Part shown: one piece after another, positions 9,452 to 18,603 of the stretch | Layout: each line of letters begins with the position of its first letter | How positions within the stretch are numbered: the first letter of the stretch is position 1 | Assembly (NCBI GenBank): GCA_963664395.2 | Contig: OY761159.2 | Coordinates: forward strand, 2,432,001 to 2,496,000 | DNA length: 64,000 nt | Origin: Candidatus Binatia bacterium | GTDB lineage: Bacteria > Desulfobacterota > Binatia > Bin18 | Direction of reading: 5' to 3' | Program-made: the position numbers and the translations under genes | The notes under the pieces: generated by a model | Seen by the model: only the letters and a program-made list of their open reading frames with translations | Told to the model about the DNA's origin: nothing | Database searches by the model: none

Positions 9452-11203
9452 ATGCCACGTGAAAGTCGTCAGGAATATCGGATAAAAACGGAAAAAAACG
9501 TTCCTGCAGTCATGCGGGATGGGACAAAGTTGTATGCGGATGTCTATCGACCCGATGCTGAGGGGCGCTTCCCCGTTATCTTATTGCGCCTCCCCTACGG
9601 CAAACAATTGGCAGAGATCTTTGGCGACCACGAGTATTTCCCTTCGCGTGGCTATGTGGTGGTCGTCCAGGATGGGCGTGGACGGTTTGAATCAGAGGGG
9701 GAATACTATCCGCTCATTGATGAAGCCCAGGACGGCTACGATACGGTCGAATGGGCCGCGGCACTGCCGTACTCGAACGGCATGGTCGGGACTCAGGGCC
9801 AGTCGTATCTCGGCGCAACCCAGTATCAACTCGCGCCGACCCGACCGCCACATCTCCAGTGTGCTTTCCCCGTATCCGCCGGTGCCGACTACCATCAAGG
9901 CTGGGTCTACCACACCGGCGGGGCCTTCTCGCTCGGTTGGCAAGTGCCGTATGCGGTCTTTCTCGCGCGTAACACTATCGATCGCAAAGGAATAAAGGAG
10001 CAACTCTGGCCACAGGTTCGACCCGACCTGCTGCGGTCAATTAATTTCGGGAATCCGCTTTCAGAAGAAGCCTACCAACGCTTGCCGCTCATGTACTGGG
10101 CCGACCTGCTCGAAGAGGTTGCGCCGTATCTGCGCGATTACCTGACCCACCCTGACGATGGTCCCTATTGGTGGCCGATCAATATCGAGCGTCAGCATCG
10201 CAACATCAACATCCCCATGTACCATGTCAGCTCGTGGTATGACATTTTTCTGCGCGATGCTTTGGTACACTTCTGCGGCTTGCAGGCGCGGGCAATGACG
10301 CCAGAGGCACGCGGTGGCCAGAAATTGCTGCTTGGACCGTGGGCACACCTTTTTCCGTACACCACACCGATTTCCGGTGGGAGCGGAGATATTGATTTTG
10401 GTCCGAATGCCGCCATTGAGCTGCACGAGACGCAGCTACGCTGGTTTGACTATTGGCTCAAAGGCATTGACTCTGGGATTTCCGAGGAGCCACCCATCCG
10501 GCTGTTTGTGATGGGGACCAATCAATGGCGGGACGAATATGAATGGCCGCTCGCACGGACGCAGCATACGCCCTACTACTTCCACAGTCAGGGCCGGGCA
10601 AATAGCCTCACCGGCGATGGCCGGCTGAGCGTTGAACCGCCTCAGGACGAACCCAGTGATCAGTATGAATATGACCCCGCGAATCCGGTGCCGACGTGTG
10701 GCGGGAACACGCTGATTATTCCGGTTGGCGTGGCAGACCAGCGCGAGGTGGAAAGCCGGCCGGACGTGTTGGTCTATACCGGAGAGGCGCTGGAAGCAGC
10801 GCTGGAAGTAACCGGACCCCTCAAGGTTGTTCTCTACGCTTCGTCTTCAGCAACCGATACCGACTTTACCGCCAAGCTGGTCGATGTCCGGCCCGACGGT
10901 TATGCCCAGAACATTGCTGATGGCATCTTGCGGGCACGCTATCGTAACTCCTTGAGCAGTCCGACCCTGATGACGCCAGAAGAGCCGTATGAGTTCAGCA
11001 TAGACTTATGGGCCACCAGCCATGTGTTTCTGCCTGGGCATCGTCTTCGCGTGGAGGTGTCGTCGAGCAACTTTCCGCGCTTTGACCGCAACCTGAACAC
11101 CGGAGGCGACCAGGCAACCGGCACGCAGTTCCAAACCGCACAGCAGACCGTTTTGCATAATAGTAAGTTTCGGTCGCATATTGTGTTGCCGGTCATTCCG
11201 TAG
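9452..11203 (+). CDS. CocE/NonD family hydrolase
   Basis: MRDGTKLYADVYRP, QDGRGRFESEG, GQSYLG nucleophile motif, GPWAH, SSNFPRFDRNLN. Confidence 0.9.
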   Translation: MPRESRQEYRIKTEKNVPAVMRDGTKLYADVYRPDAEGRFPVILLRLPYGKQLAEIFGDHEYFPSRGYVVVVQDGRGRFESEGEYYPLIDEAQDGYDTVEWAAALPYSNGMVGTQGQSYLGATQYQLAPTRPPHLQCAFPVSAGADYHQGWVYHTGGAFSLGWQVPYAVFLARNTIDRKGIKEQLWPQVRPDLLRSINFGNPLSEEAYQRLPLMYWADLLEEVAPYLRDYLTHPDDGPYWWPINIERQHRNINIPMYHVSSWYDIFLRDALVHFCGLQARAMTPEARGGQKLLLGPWAHLFPYTTPISGGSGDIDFGPNAAIELHETQLRWFDYWLKGIDSGISEEPPIRLFVMGTNQWRDEYEWPLARTQHTPYYFHSQGRANSLTGDGRLSVEPPQDEPSDQYEYDPANPVPTCGGNTLIIPVGVADQREVESRPDVLVYTGEALEAALEVTGPLKVVLYASSSATDTDFTAKLVDVRPDGYAQNIADGILRARYRNSLSSPTLMTPEEPYEFSIDLWATSHVFLPGHRLRVEVSSSNFPRFDRNLNTGGDQATGTQFQTAQQTVLHNSKFRSHIVLPVIP

Positions 11204-11211
11204 AAGGGGTG

Positions 11212-11526
11212 TCACTGACGTTCTTGTGCCTCCCTGACGAGTGCGTCGTGGAGTAAGGTCTTCATATACGTTTGATATTTGGGCACGCCTTTTTGCCGAG
11301 CCAGCTTGCGAGCGAGTTCGACATCACCGACCGCGAGGCGGATACTAATCTGCCTGGTTGGCGGTCTCAGCACATAGGGTTTTTTCAATTCGCCCGGATC
11401 ATCAATATGCGAGTCAAGAAAAGTGGTGTCCATTTCTTCCAGAATACAATCTGGACAGAACCACTTGCCCTGGTCATCTTGATATCGTTCCGTGCCGCAG
11501 CGCTTACATATGTTTTGTCTCTTCAT
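11212..11526 (-). CDS. Putative antitoxin (BrnA/CopG-like RHH) with N-terminal CxxC..CxxC
   Basis: TRQISIRL...ARKLARQKGVPKYQTYMKTLLHDAL; overlaps the toxin stop codon. Confidence 0.65.
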   Translation of the reverse strand: MKRQNICKRCGTERYQDDQGKWFCPDCILEEMDTTFLDSHIDDPGELKKPYVLRPPTRQISIRLAVGDVELARKLARQKGVPKYQTYMKTLLHDALVREAQERQ

Positions 11527-11804
11527 TGCTCTTTCATCTCCCTATGCCAGCTCAGGATTTGTTTTCTGGTTGAAGGCCAAGCGGTAATGACATGGATGTG
11601 CTCCTCGGTAATGCGTAAGAAGACAACTGTCAGGAAACGGCCCTGGAATGTCCTGCCCACGGCCTTTAAGACTCGGCCCTTTTGCCCAATAACTACGACA
11701 GGCCCTGAAAAGACTTCGGCGAAGACGCTCTCCTTAATGGTACTATGGCGAGCTCGATAGTGCGCTTTCTTTGCCTTTTTGTCATACGCAAAAGTAATTC
11801 GCAT
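11523..11804 (-). CDS. Putative BrnT-like toxin
   Basis: 93 aa; KAVGRTFQGRFLTVVF....IHVITAW pattern; toxin-first arrangement. Confidence 0.6.
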   Translation of the reverse strand: MRITFAYDKKAKKAHYRARHSTIKESVFAEVFSGPVVVIGQKGRVLKAVGRTFQGRFLTVVFLRITEEHIHVITAWPSTRKQILSWHREMKEQ

Positions 11805-11908
11805 AGTGTAATGACTTGAATATACTTTTGGGTGAATAATATACAAAGTGCGACTTGTCATCAAACCCAGCTCTTGCCCGCAGCGGCTTTGACTGATTCC
11901 TTGCCCCC

Positions 11909-12604
11909 ATGTCTGACGGCCTGCCTCCCGATACTGAAAAAGCGACCTCGGTGCGGGCGATGTTTGATTTGATCGCCCCGAACTATGACACGCTGAACCG
12001 TTGGCTGTCTTTGCGTCTGGATCAATACTGGCGGCGCAAGACTCTCCGTAGTATTGACGTCTGTGCTGATGATGGTGTGCTCGACTTGGCGTGCGGAACG
12101 GGGGATTTGAGCGAACTCGCTGCGGCAACCGGTGCCCGGGTTATGGGTGTTGACTTTGCCCGCAACATGCTCGTCGGCGCAACCCGGCGTCGGATCAAAG
12201 CCGACTTTATTCAGGCCGATGCGAATGCCTTACCCCTCCCGCCGGCATCCGTTTCGGTTGTCGTGTCCGGCTTTGCCCTGCGAAATTTTGTTTCAATTCC
12301 CAACGCGCTCCAAGAAGCGGCGCGCGTCCTCAAGCCCGGCGGACGACTGGCTTTGCTTGAGGTTGATACGCCACGCAATTCTCTCCTGAAATGGGGCCAT
12401 GGCTTCTATTTTCAGCGCCTCGTGCCCATTCTCGGTGGTCTGATCTCGGACAGAAAGTCGTATCTTTATTTGCCGCGCTCCGTGGTGTACCTGCCGGAGG
12501 AAGCCGAGCTGCTGGCGATGGTTCGAGCGGCGGGATTCGAGCAGGTCGTAAAGCAGAATTTATCCGGTGGGGTGGCGCAGTTGATTACAGCAGTGAGACG
12601 ATAA
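11909..12604 (+). CDS. ubiE: UbiE/MenG-family quinone biosynthesis methyltransferase
   Basis: VRAMFDLIAPNYDTLN, VLDLACGTGD, FALRN, RVLKPGG, YLYLPRSV. Confidence 0.8.
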   Translation: MSDGLPPDTEKATSVRAMFDLIAPNYDTLNRWLSLRLDQYWRRKTLRSIDVCADDGVLDLACGTGDLSELAAATGARVMGVDFARNMLVGATRRRIKADFIQADANALPLPPASVSVVVSGFALRNFVSIPNALQEAARVLKPGGRLALLEVDTPRNSLLKWGHGFYFQRLVPILGGLISDRKSYLYLPRSVVYLPEEAELLAMVRAAGFEQVVKQNLSGGVAQLITAVRR

Positions 12605-12626
12605 AAAGTAATAGACCACCGCAACA

Positions 12627-14123
12627 TTATCGGCTCATGTAGGGAATGAGCTTCTCCAACACCTGAGGCAGCTCTGTGCACGGCACGTCTTCTAATAGCT
12701 TCTTGCCGGGCCGGGCGTCCGGGCCGGAGCGGCCACCGACAAACACATCTACCGCTTCAATAGTTTTCCCATCACGCTGCACTTTCTTGCCCAGAAAACC
12801 GATATCCGCAGTCGTATGGTTCCCGCAGCCATTCTGACAGCCCGACCAGCGCATGGTGAGTGGTGTGGTATTGCCCAGGGTCTTTTCGAGGTGGCGGGCC
12901 GTGTCGAGTGCGCGCTGTTTTGTTTCAATCAGCGAATAGTGACAGTAATCAACGCCGGTACAACTGACCAGCCCACGCATGAAGGCCGAAGGGTCATAGC
13001 GTAATTCCTGGAGCAATGGCTCCTGGGTCAGGTCTCCGATCATATGATCCGGAATATGCGGGACAATCAGATTCTGACTCGGGGTCAGACGAATCTCTCC
13101 ACTGCCATAGTGTTCCGCCAGCTTGGCGACACCGAGCAGTTGCATTGCAGACAGCCGTCCTGTCGGGACTACCAGACCGACGTAGTTGAAGCCGGTTTGC
13201 TTTTGGCGAAAGAGACCAACGTGATCGGTGCGTGCAGTACTCCGCGCATCCTTGCCCGCGGAAAGGAGCGGCTGCCCGCGGCGGTGTTCCAGTTCACGCC
13301 GAAATTTTTCAATCCCCCAGTCTTGGATGAGGAAGAATAAGCGTGACTTTTTGTGATCCTGGCGTTGGCCGTGGTCGCGAAAGAGTAGGGCAATTGTGCC
13401 ACACAGGGGAACGGCTTCTTGCGGAGGGATGAAGACATCAAGCGCTTGCGCCGGCGTATAGCCGCCCGATCCCTGCTTGCCGCCAACGAAGACGTTGAAA
13501 CCCTGGCTCTCAACCCGGCCGTTCTCCCGGCCGTTCTCCCGGCCGTTCTCTTTAACCGCCGGCACCAGGCCCACATCTTGTGAGTCCGGATAGGTACAAT
13601 TGTCTAAACACGCAGAGATGGTGACTTTGAACTTGCGCGGAAGATTCGTGTACTCCGGGTTGCGTAAGAACGCCTCGGTATAGTGTTGTGTGACCTGTGA
13701 GGCGTCAAACAGCTCGCCCGGCGTCAGGCCGGCAGCCGAGCAGCCGGTCACTCCACGGATGTTATTCAGGCCGGTCTGAAGCGAGACCAGGCCGACTTGT
13801 CCAAGCCGCTGCCACATCTCCTGCACATGCTCGATATGAAACCAGCGCAGTTGGATTTGCTGCCGGGTCGTAATGTCAACAAAGCCCTTGCCGAATTCTT
13901 CGCTCAGCGCCGCCAGGGTGCGAAACTGGGCCGCATTGCTGAGCCCGTTGCTCATCCGCAGCCGCATCATGAAATTGCCCGGCGTCTGACGCCGAAAGAA
14001 GACGCCGGCGCCTTTGAGCCCCTCTATTTCGTGTTCGGACAGGGCTTTCCAGCCGTCTTGAATAGCGTGAGAGAGGCTGCTCATGCCAGCCTCCTCTGCT
14101 GCGTGTGATGCCATGCGTTTCAC
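12627..14123 (-). CDS. nirA: Ferredoxin-nitrite reductase (siroheme)
   Basis: FMMRLR, ITTRQQIQLR, NLPRKFKV, SCTGVDYC and SGCQNGC siroheme/4Fe-4S ligands; directly downstream of the nitrate transporter. Confidence 0.8.
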   Translation of the reverse strand: MKRMASHAAEEAGMSSLSHAIQDGWKALSEHEIEGLKGAGVFFRRQTPGNFMMRLRMSNGLSNAAQFRTLAALSEEFGKGFVDITTRQQIQLRWFHIEHVQEMWQRLGQVGLVSLQTGLNNIRGVTGCSAAGLTPGELFDASQVTQHYTEAFLRNPEYTNLPRKFKVTISACLDNCTYPDSQDVGLVPAVKENGRENGRENGRVESQGFNVFVGGKQGSGGYTPAQALDVFIPPQEAVPLCGTIALLFRDHGQRQDHKKSRLFFLIQDWGIEKFRRELEHRRGQPLLSAGKDARSTARTDHVGLFRQKQTGFNYVGLVVPTGRLSAMQLLGVAKLAEHYGSGEIRLTPSQNLIVPHIPDHMIGDLTQEPLLQELRYDPSAFMRGLVSCTGVDYCHYSLIETKQRALDTARHLEKTLGNTTPLTMRWSGCQNGCGNHTTADIGFLGKKVQRDGKTIEAVDVFVGGRSGPDARPGKKLLEDVPCTELPQVLEKLIPYMSR

Positions 14124-14150
14124 TGGTGTGTATGAACGGGAATCGTCCGC

Positions 14151-15512
14151 TTAGCCCGCAATTGCCGGAACCACGCCGTTTTCTGCCAACGCCTTTTTTT
14201 CGGCCAGGGCTTTTTCCAGATTGCGCTGTTCTTCTTCGTGAACTGTTTGCGGAAAGGTTACCAGGCATACGCAGACAGACGCAATGGCAACGGCGATGCC
14301 GAGAATCAAAAGGCCCTGCTGGGTACTGATATTTTCCGAGCGAAACAGGAATCCGGCCGCAACCGCCCCGGCATTCCCGCCTGCACCCACAATACCGGCA
14401 ACACCCCCGAGCGCCTTCTTATTGATAAAGGGAACTACTGCGTATGTCGCTCCGCAGGACATGTGAACAAACAGGCCGAAGAAGACCATGGAGATAACTG
14501 CCAGGGGTAGTACGGTCATTCGTGAAAAAAGGATGAGAGCGAATCCCTCCGCCAGCAGCACAGTGCCAAGAAACAGGATTCGTCCCTTGAGCCCGCTCTT
14601 GACAGCAACCATGTCTGAGAAGATTCCACCCAAGGTTCGTGCAAAAATGCTCAGGAGGCCAAACAATCCCGCCGTTAGTCCAGCTGTTTTAATGTCTAAA
14701 GCAAAGTAGTCGTGATAGTACAGCGCAGCAATATTGTGGATCGTCAACTCGACCCCAAAACAGGCCGCATAAACAACGAACAAGGCCCACACCCGGTAGT
14801 CTTTGGCAGCGAGCCAAAACGATTTCGTTGAACTGCCTTCGGCTGGAGGCAACTCGCCGCGCGCACGCAGCTCTGCGTAATTGCCATCCGGCGCATCCTG
14901 GGTACAAAAGTAATAGCCAATACCGGTCAGAAACAGGACCACACCCGGTATGACCATCGCCAACCGCCAGCCGAACGATTCACCCACGCCAAAGAACAGC
15001 ACGACACCTAAGATGAGTGGCATCACCATTTGGGTGACACCCCCACCCAAGTTCCCCCAGCCGGCGGTCGTGGCGTTGGCCGTGCCGACACAATTGGGGC
15101 CGAACATGATCGAGGTATGGTACTGCGTAATAACAAACGAAGCGCCGATCGCGCCGATCGCGAGGCGAAAGAGCAGAAAGCTCTCATAGCTGTGCGCCAG
15201 GCCAATACCCATGACCGGCAGGGAGCCGATCAGCAGCAACCAGGTATACACCAGGCGCGAGCCAAAGCGGTCGCACAGCGGGCCAATAATAATGCGGACA
15301 ACGACCGTAATGGCAACCGACGCGATAATAGTATTCCCCACCTGGGCCTTGGTCAGCATCAGATCTTCACGGACCAGCGCCATTAGCGGCGCAATACCAA
15401 ACCAGCCGAAGAAACACAGAAAGAAGGCGAACCAGGTCATGTGAAAGGTCCGCATCTGTGGGGTTGCCAGGCTGAACAGATCGATTTTCGTGGCTTTGTT
15501 TTTGACTTCCAT
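14151..15512 (-). CDS. narK: Nitrate/nitrite MFS transporter (NarK/NRT2)
   Basis: FCFFGWFGIAPL, nitrate signature GTANATTAGWGNLGGG, FGVELT, GIVGAGGNAG. Confidence 0.92.
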   Translation of the reverse strand: MEVKNKATKIDLFSLATPQMRTFHMTWFAFFLCFFGWFGIAPLMALVREDLMLTKAQVGNTIIASVAITVVVRIIIGPLCDRFGSRLVYTWLLLIGSLPVMGIGLAHSYESFLLFRLAIGAIGASFVITQYHTSIMFGPNCVGTANATTAGWGNLGGGVTQMVMPLILGVVLFFGVGESFGWRLAMVIPGVVLFLTGIGYYFCTQDAPDGNYAELRARGELPPAEGSSTKSFWLAAKDYRVWALFVVYAACFGVELTIHNIAALYYHDYFALDIKTAGLTAGLFGLLSIFARTLGGIFSDMVAVKSGLKGRILFLGTVLLAEGFALILFSRMTVLPLAVISMVFFGLFVHMSCGATYAVVPFINKKALGGVAGIVGAGGNAGAVAAGFLFRSENISTQQGLLILGIAVAIASVCVCLVTFPQTVHEEEQRNLEKALAEKKALAENGVVPAIAG

Positions 15513-15562
15513 ATCGAGCTTGCCTCCTCCTTACCGACGCTGTGGGTGACACTTGAGGACAC

Positions 15563-15578
15563 AGCAATTCACAGGCCA
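15563..15578 (-). promoter_or_regulatory. sigma54 promoter of narK-nirA
   Basis: TGGCCT-GTGAA-TTGCT with canonical -24/-12 spacing, ~50 nt upstream of narK. Confidence 0.75.
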
Positions 15579-15683
15579 GAACGTAAGGATGCCTGGGAAA
15601 ACGCGGAAAAGGCCGTATTTTTACGTCGATACACCAAAGTCTGAGCTATGAAGGCCGGGGCGTGCCGTCACTCTGGACGAAAC

Positions 15684-15723
15684 AGGCGTGTTGTTCAGCC
15701 CGCAATATGCTCACTCAGCAACA
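15684..15723. promoter_or_regulatory. Tandem TGY-N10-RCA enhancer-like sites
   Basis: TGTTGTTCAGCCCGCA-ata-TGCTCACTCAGCAACA; 17-mer 15684-15700 is the exact reverse complement of 25104-25120. Confidence 0.6.
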
Positions 15724-15865
15724 CGTCCGTTCTCTCCTGGGCGATGATTCTTGAACATTCCCTTGCCTCAAAACGCCGGGCTTGTGATTTGATCTGATTT
15801 GAGGAATGTAAAGGGTTGACGCTTGTCATCACATGCTGAGCGGCATGGCAAGGAGAATCGCGTTC

Positions 15866-16585
15866 ATGGGCCGGACAGAAAAAAATATATACGGAGGGCG
15901 AGATCCCCGTGAGTTGTCGGCGTATGGTATCCCAGAGGCGGCTCACTATCTGCGGATTCCAGTTGCTACCCTCCGGACGTGGGTTTGCGGTCGGCACTAT
16001 CCAACCCGGCAAGGTCCTCAGCGCTTTGAACCGATCATAGCTCTTGCCGATACGGAGCGCTTCTTGTTGTCCTTTGTGAATCTCATTGAGGCGCATGTTC
16101 TCGCCGCTATTCGTCGTCATCATCGCGTGTCGTTCCCCAAAGTCAGAAGCGCGTTACGCTATCTCAATCGGCACTTTCCCTCCCCGCATCCACTGGCTGA
16201 TCAACATTTTGAAACGAATGGATTAGATCTCTTCGTCGAACAGTTCGGAAACCTGATTGCCATCTCAGATGAGGGGCAGCTCAGTATGCGGGATATGCTG
16301 AAAGCCCACCTGCATCGGATTGAACGGGACGTATCTGGGCTGGCGATTAAGCTGTATCTATTCACCCGACGAGACACCTCTGAGACTGCGCCCCGTGTCA
16401 TCGTTGTTGACCCGCGCATCGCGTTTGGACGGCCGGTGGTAGTCGGCACCCGCATCTCAACCGAAGTCGTCTACCAACGATTCGAAGCCGGGGAGTCGAT
16501 TGTCCGACTTGCGGATGACTATGGCCGCACGCCAGCAGAAATCGAAGAAGCGATCCGCTGCGAGCACTACAGAGACGCGGCCTGA
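15866..16585 (+). CDS. DUF433-domain antitoxin (VapB45-like, N-terminal HTH)
   Basis: YGIPEAAHYLRIPVATLRTW, LSFVNLIEAHVL, VDPRIAFGRPVVVGTRI...AGES...LADDY. Confidence 0.85.
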   Translation: MGRTEKNIYGGRDPRELSAYGIPEAAHYLRIPVATLRTWVCGRHYPTRQGPQRFEPIIALADTERFLLSFVNLIEAHVLAAIRRHHRVSFPKVRSALRYLNRHFPSPHPLADQHFETNGLDLFVEQFGNLIAISDEGQLSMRDMLKAHLHRIERDVSGLAIKLYLFTRRDTSETAPRVIVVDPRIAFGRPVVVGTRISTEVVYQRFEAGESIVRLADDYGRTPAEIEEAIRCEHYRDAA

Positions 16586-17006
16586 AGGTTCCACCTTTTT
16601 TCTCGACCAAAGCTTAGGGGACAAGGTCGTTGCGCAAGCTCTCCGTCAGCAAGGATGCAAGGTCGAACTGCTAAAAGAGCACTTTGCGACCGATGCGTTG
16701 GATGAAGAATGGCTGCCTGAGGTGGGGCGGCATGACTGGCTGGTCCTAACCAAGGATGATCGTATACGCAAACGCCCGGCTGAGCGTGAAGCGCTCATGC
16801 AGAGCGGGGCTCGCGCTTTCATTCTTCCCTCGGGTAATATGTCCGGTGAAGATATGGCTTCAGCTATTGTCAAGGCACTCCCGAAAATACGACGGTTTGT
16901 TACAAAAAATCCTCCGCCTTTCATTGCGCGCATATCCAAAGCAGGGGAAGTCTGGTTGTTGGACCCACAACGCTCTACACGTGTAAGAAGGCGAAGAGAA
17001 AACTAA
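16521..17006 (+). CDS. PIN-like toxin (VapC45 type); start uncertain
   Basis: FFLDQSLG, DEEWLPEVG..DWLVLTKDDRIR; overlaps the antitoxin 3' end. Confidence 0.8.
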   Translation: MAARQQKSKKRSAASTTETRPEGSTFFLDQSLGDKVVAQALRQQGCKVELLKEHFATDALDEEWLPEVGRHDWLVLTKDDRIRKRPAEREALMQSGARAFILPSGNMSGEDMASAIVKALPKIRRFVTKNPPPFIARISKAGEVWLLDPQRSTRVRRRREN

Positions 17007-17021
17007 TGTTCTGGGAGCGTA

Positions 17022-17264
17022 TCAGGATGCCTTTCCCGCGGGTTTGGTAACACGCGCGCGATGCCAGATGTCGGCATCGCCACTGGCCTGACAGGTCGGG
17101 CAGGCTTCGTCTGGGGACCGGAGATAGCCCCGTCCATCGCACTGCCGACACAAGCCGTTCAGCAGATAGACCTTATAATAGAAATCGGTCATATCGTGGA
17201 CATTGTGAAAGAAAGATTTGATTTGCTCGACAATGTGGTCGGGGTAAAATGCCTGATCTTTCAT
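17022..17264 (-). CDS. Hypothetical protein with CxxCxGxG zinc-finger-like motifs
   Basis: CRQCDGRG...CPTCQASG; AAGGA RBS; last gene of the reductase operon. Confidence 0.55.
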   Translation of the reverse strand: MKDQAFYPDHIVEQIKSFFHNVHDMTDFYYKVYLLNGLCRQCDGRGYLRSPDEACPTCQASGDADIWHRARVTKPAGKAS

Positions 17265-17283
17265 CGCAACATCCTTCTCTCAT

Positions 17284-17502
17284 TCAGCGTTGAATCATGC
17301 GCCACAGCCAGGTGGCCACGGCAAAGCATACCCCCGAGGCCACCGCCGCCGGAACAACAATACCGCCCGCCCCGCCGAGATGACCTTCAATCGCTTCGAC
17401 CAGCAGCCATAACTGCACGAGTAACAGCACAACGACAAAAGCGGTGACCAGTCCGAGCACCGAGCTGCGCTGCTGGCGCAGTGTGGCGGAAGGTAGATTC
17501 AT
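17284..17502 (-). CDS. Small two-TM membrane protein (DUF6755-like)
   Basis: VVVLLLVQLWLL..AIEGHLGG....VVPAAVASG. Confidence 0.6.
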   Translation of the reverse strand: MNLPSATLRQQRSSVLGLVTAFVVVLLLVQLWLLVEAIEGHLGGAGGIVVPAAVASGVCFAVATWLWRMIQR

Positions 17503-17510
17503 ACGGCAGC

Positions 17511-18005
17511 CTACACCTGCATTCCCGTCGCCCACACGGTGTCGTCCTTGACCTGAAGCACAATGCGCGGCAGCGGGCGTTTAGGCGGCCCTGCCAGCGG
17601 CCGGCCGTCTTCCAGCGCGAAATAACCTTCGTGGCAAGGGCAGTGGAGCTGCTTTTTCTCTTTTTGGTAGAGGACAGGACAGAGTAAATGCGTGCACTTC
17701 TGGCTATACGCGACAAAGCGGTCCGTGGCGACCCGAATCAATAAGCAGGGATCGGTTTTGGTGGGATAAAAAAAGAGTGTGGCCTGGCCAATCGCGACAT
17801 CCGATACCGCGGCAAGGCGCAGCGCCGTAAACTGCGCCGGTCGCCAGCGCTGCCACCATTCTCGAACGGCAACCAGTCCTGTGCCGAGAAAGAGCGCACT
17901 CGAAATAAAGGTCAGAAAAGTGGTGAAGGAACGCCGGGTCACATAGTGATCATCTTCCCAATTGATGGGGAAATCTTCACGCCAGCGGGGAATGCTATCA
18001 GGCAT
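17511..18005 (-). CDS. Rieske 2Fe-2S protein with TRRSF motif and TM helix
   Basis: CTHLLC and CPCHEG Rieske boxes, AGPPKRPL; VTRRSFTTFL followed by a hydrophobic segment. Confidence 0.88.
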   Translation of the reverse strand: MPDSIPRWREDFPINWEDDHYVTRRSFTTFLTFISSALFLGTGLVAVREWWQRWRPAQFTALRLAAVSDVAIGQATLFFYPTKTDPCLLIRVATDRFVAYSQKCTHLLCPVLYQKEKKQLHCPCHEGYFALEDGRPLAGPPKRPLPRIVLQVKDDTVWATGMQV

Positions 18006-18040
18006 TGCTCTACGCTCTCATCTCTTTGGGCTGGTTTCTC

Positions 18041-18601
18041 TCATTCACAGAAACTCGCCACATCAAACTCCATCTCATCCGCTGCCGTGTCACCCACCAT
18101 GAGATGGACTTTTGTGGTCACGACTTGCCGGCCAAAGGTGAAGCGGTTGATCGGCTTTTCCTGCCGCTTGTGTTCGATTTCTTCTTTGGTGCCAAAGAAC
18201 AACGCGCCGCTTGGGCACACCGTGGCGCACATGGGTTTGAGGTCCGCTGACGTGCGGTCGTAACACATGTCGCACTTCATCATCTGGTCTATCTCGCCCA
18301 GATAGCGTGGTACGCCAAAGGGACAGGCCAGGACGCAGTTTGAACAGCCGATACAGCGGGCCTGTAAGGCCGACTGTACAATGCCCTCTGCGGTCTGCTT
18401 AATCGCATCCGCCGGGCACACTTGCGCACAGGTCGGGTCTTCGCAGTGCATGCACACGGTCGGCGTGGTCTGCGGCGAACTCGAACGGTCAACGTAATCC
18501 AGGTGGATCATGGACACGCCCCGGTGCGACTCGCACTCAGCGCAGGCATGGACACAGGCTTGGCAGCCGATACAGCGGGAAGGGTCAATAAAGAATTCCA
18601 T
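18041..18601 (-). CDS. 4Fe-4S dicluster protein (DmsB/NrfC-like)
   Basis: [42 protein letters not shown]...CATVCP. Confidence 0.9.
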   Translation of the reverse strand: MEFFIDPSRCIGCQACVHACAECESHRGVSMIHLDYVDRSSSPQTTPTVCMHCEDPTCAQVCPADAIKQTAEGIVQSALQARCIGCSNCVLACPFGVPRYLGEIDQMMKCDMCYDRTSADLKPMCATVCPSGALFFGTKEEIEHKRQEKPINRFTFGRQVVTTKVHLMVGDTAADEMEFDVASFCE

Positions 18602-18603
18602 AC

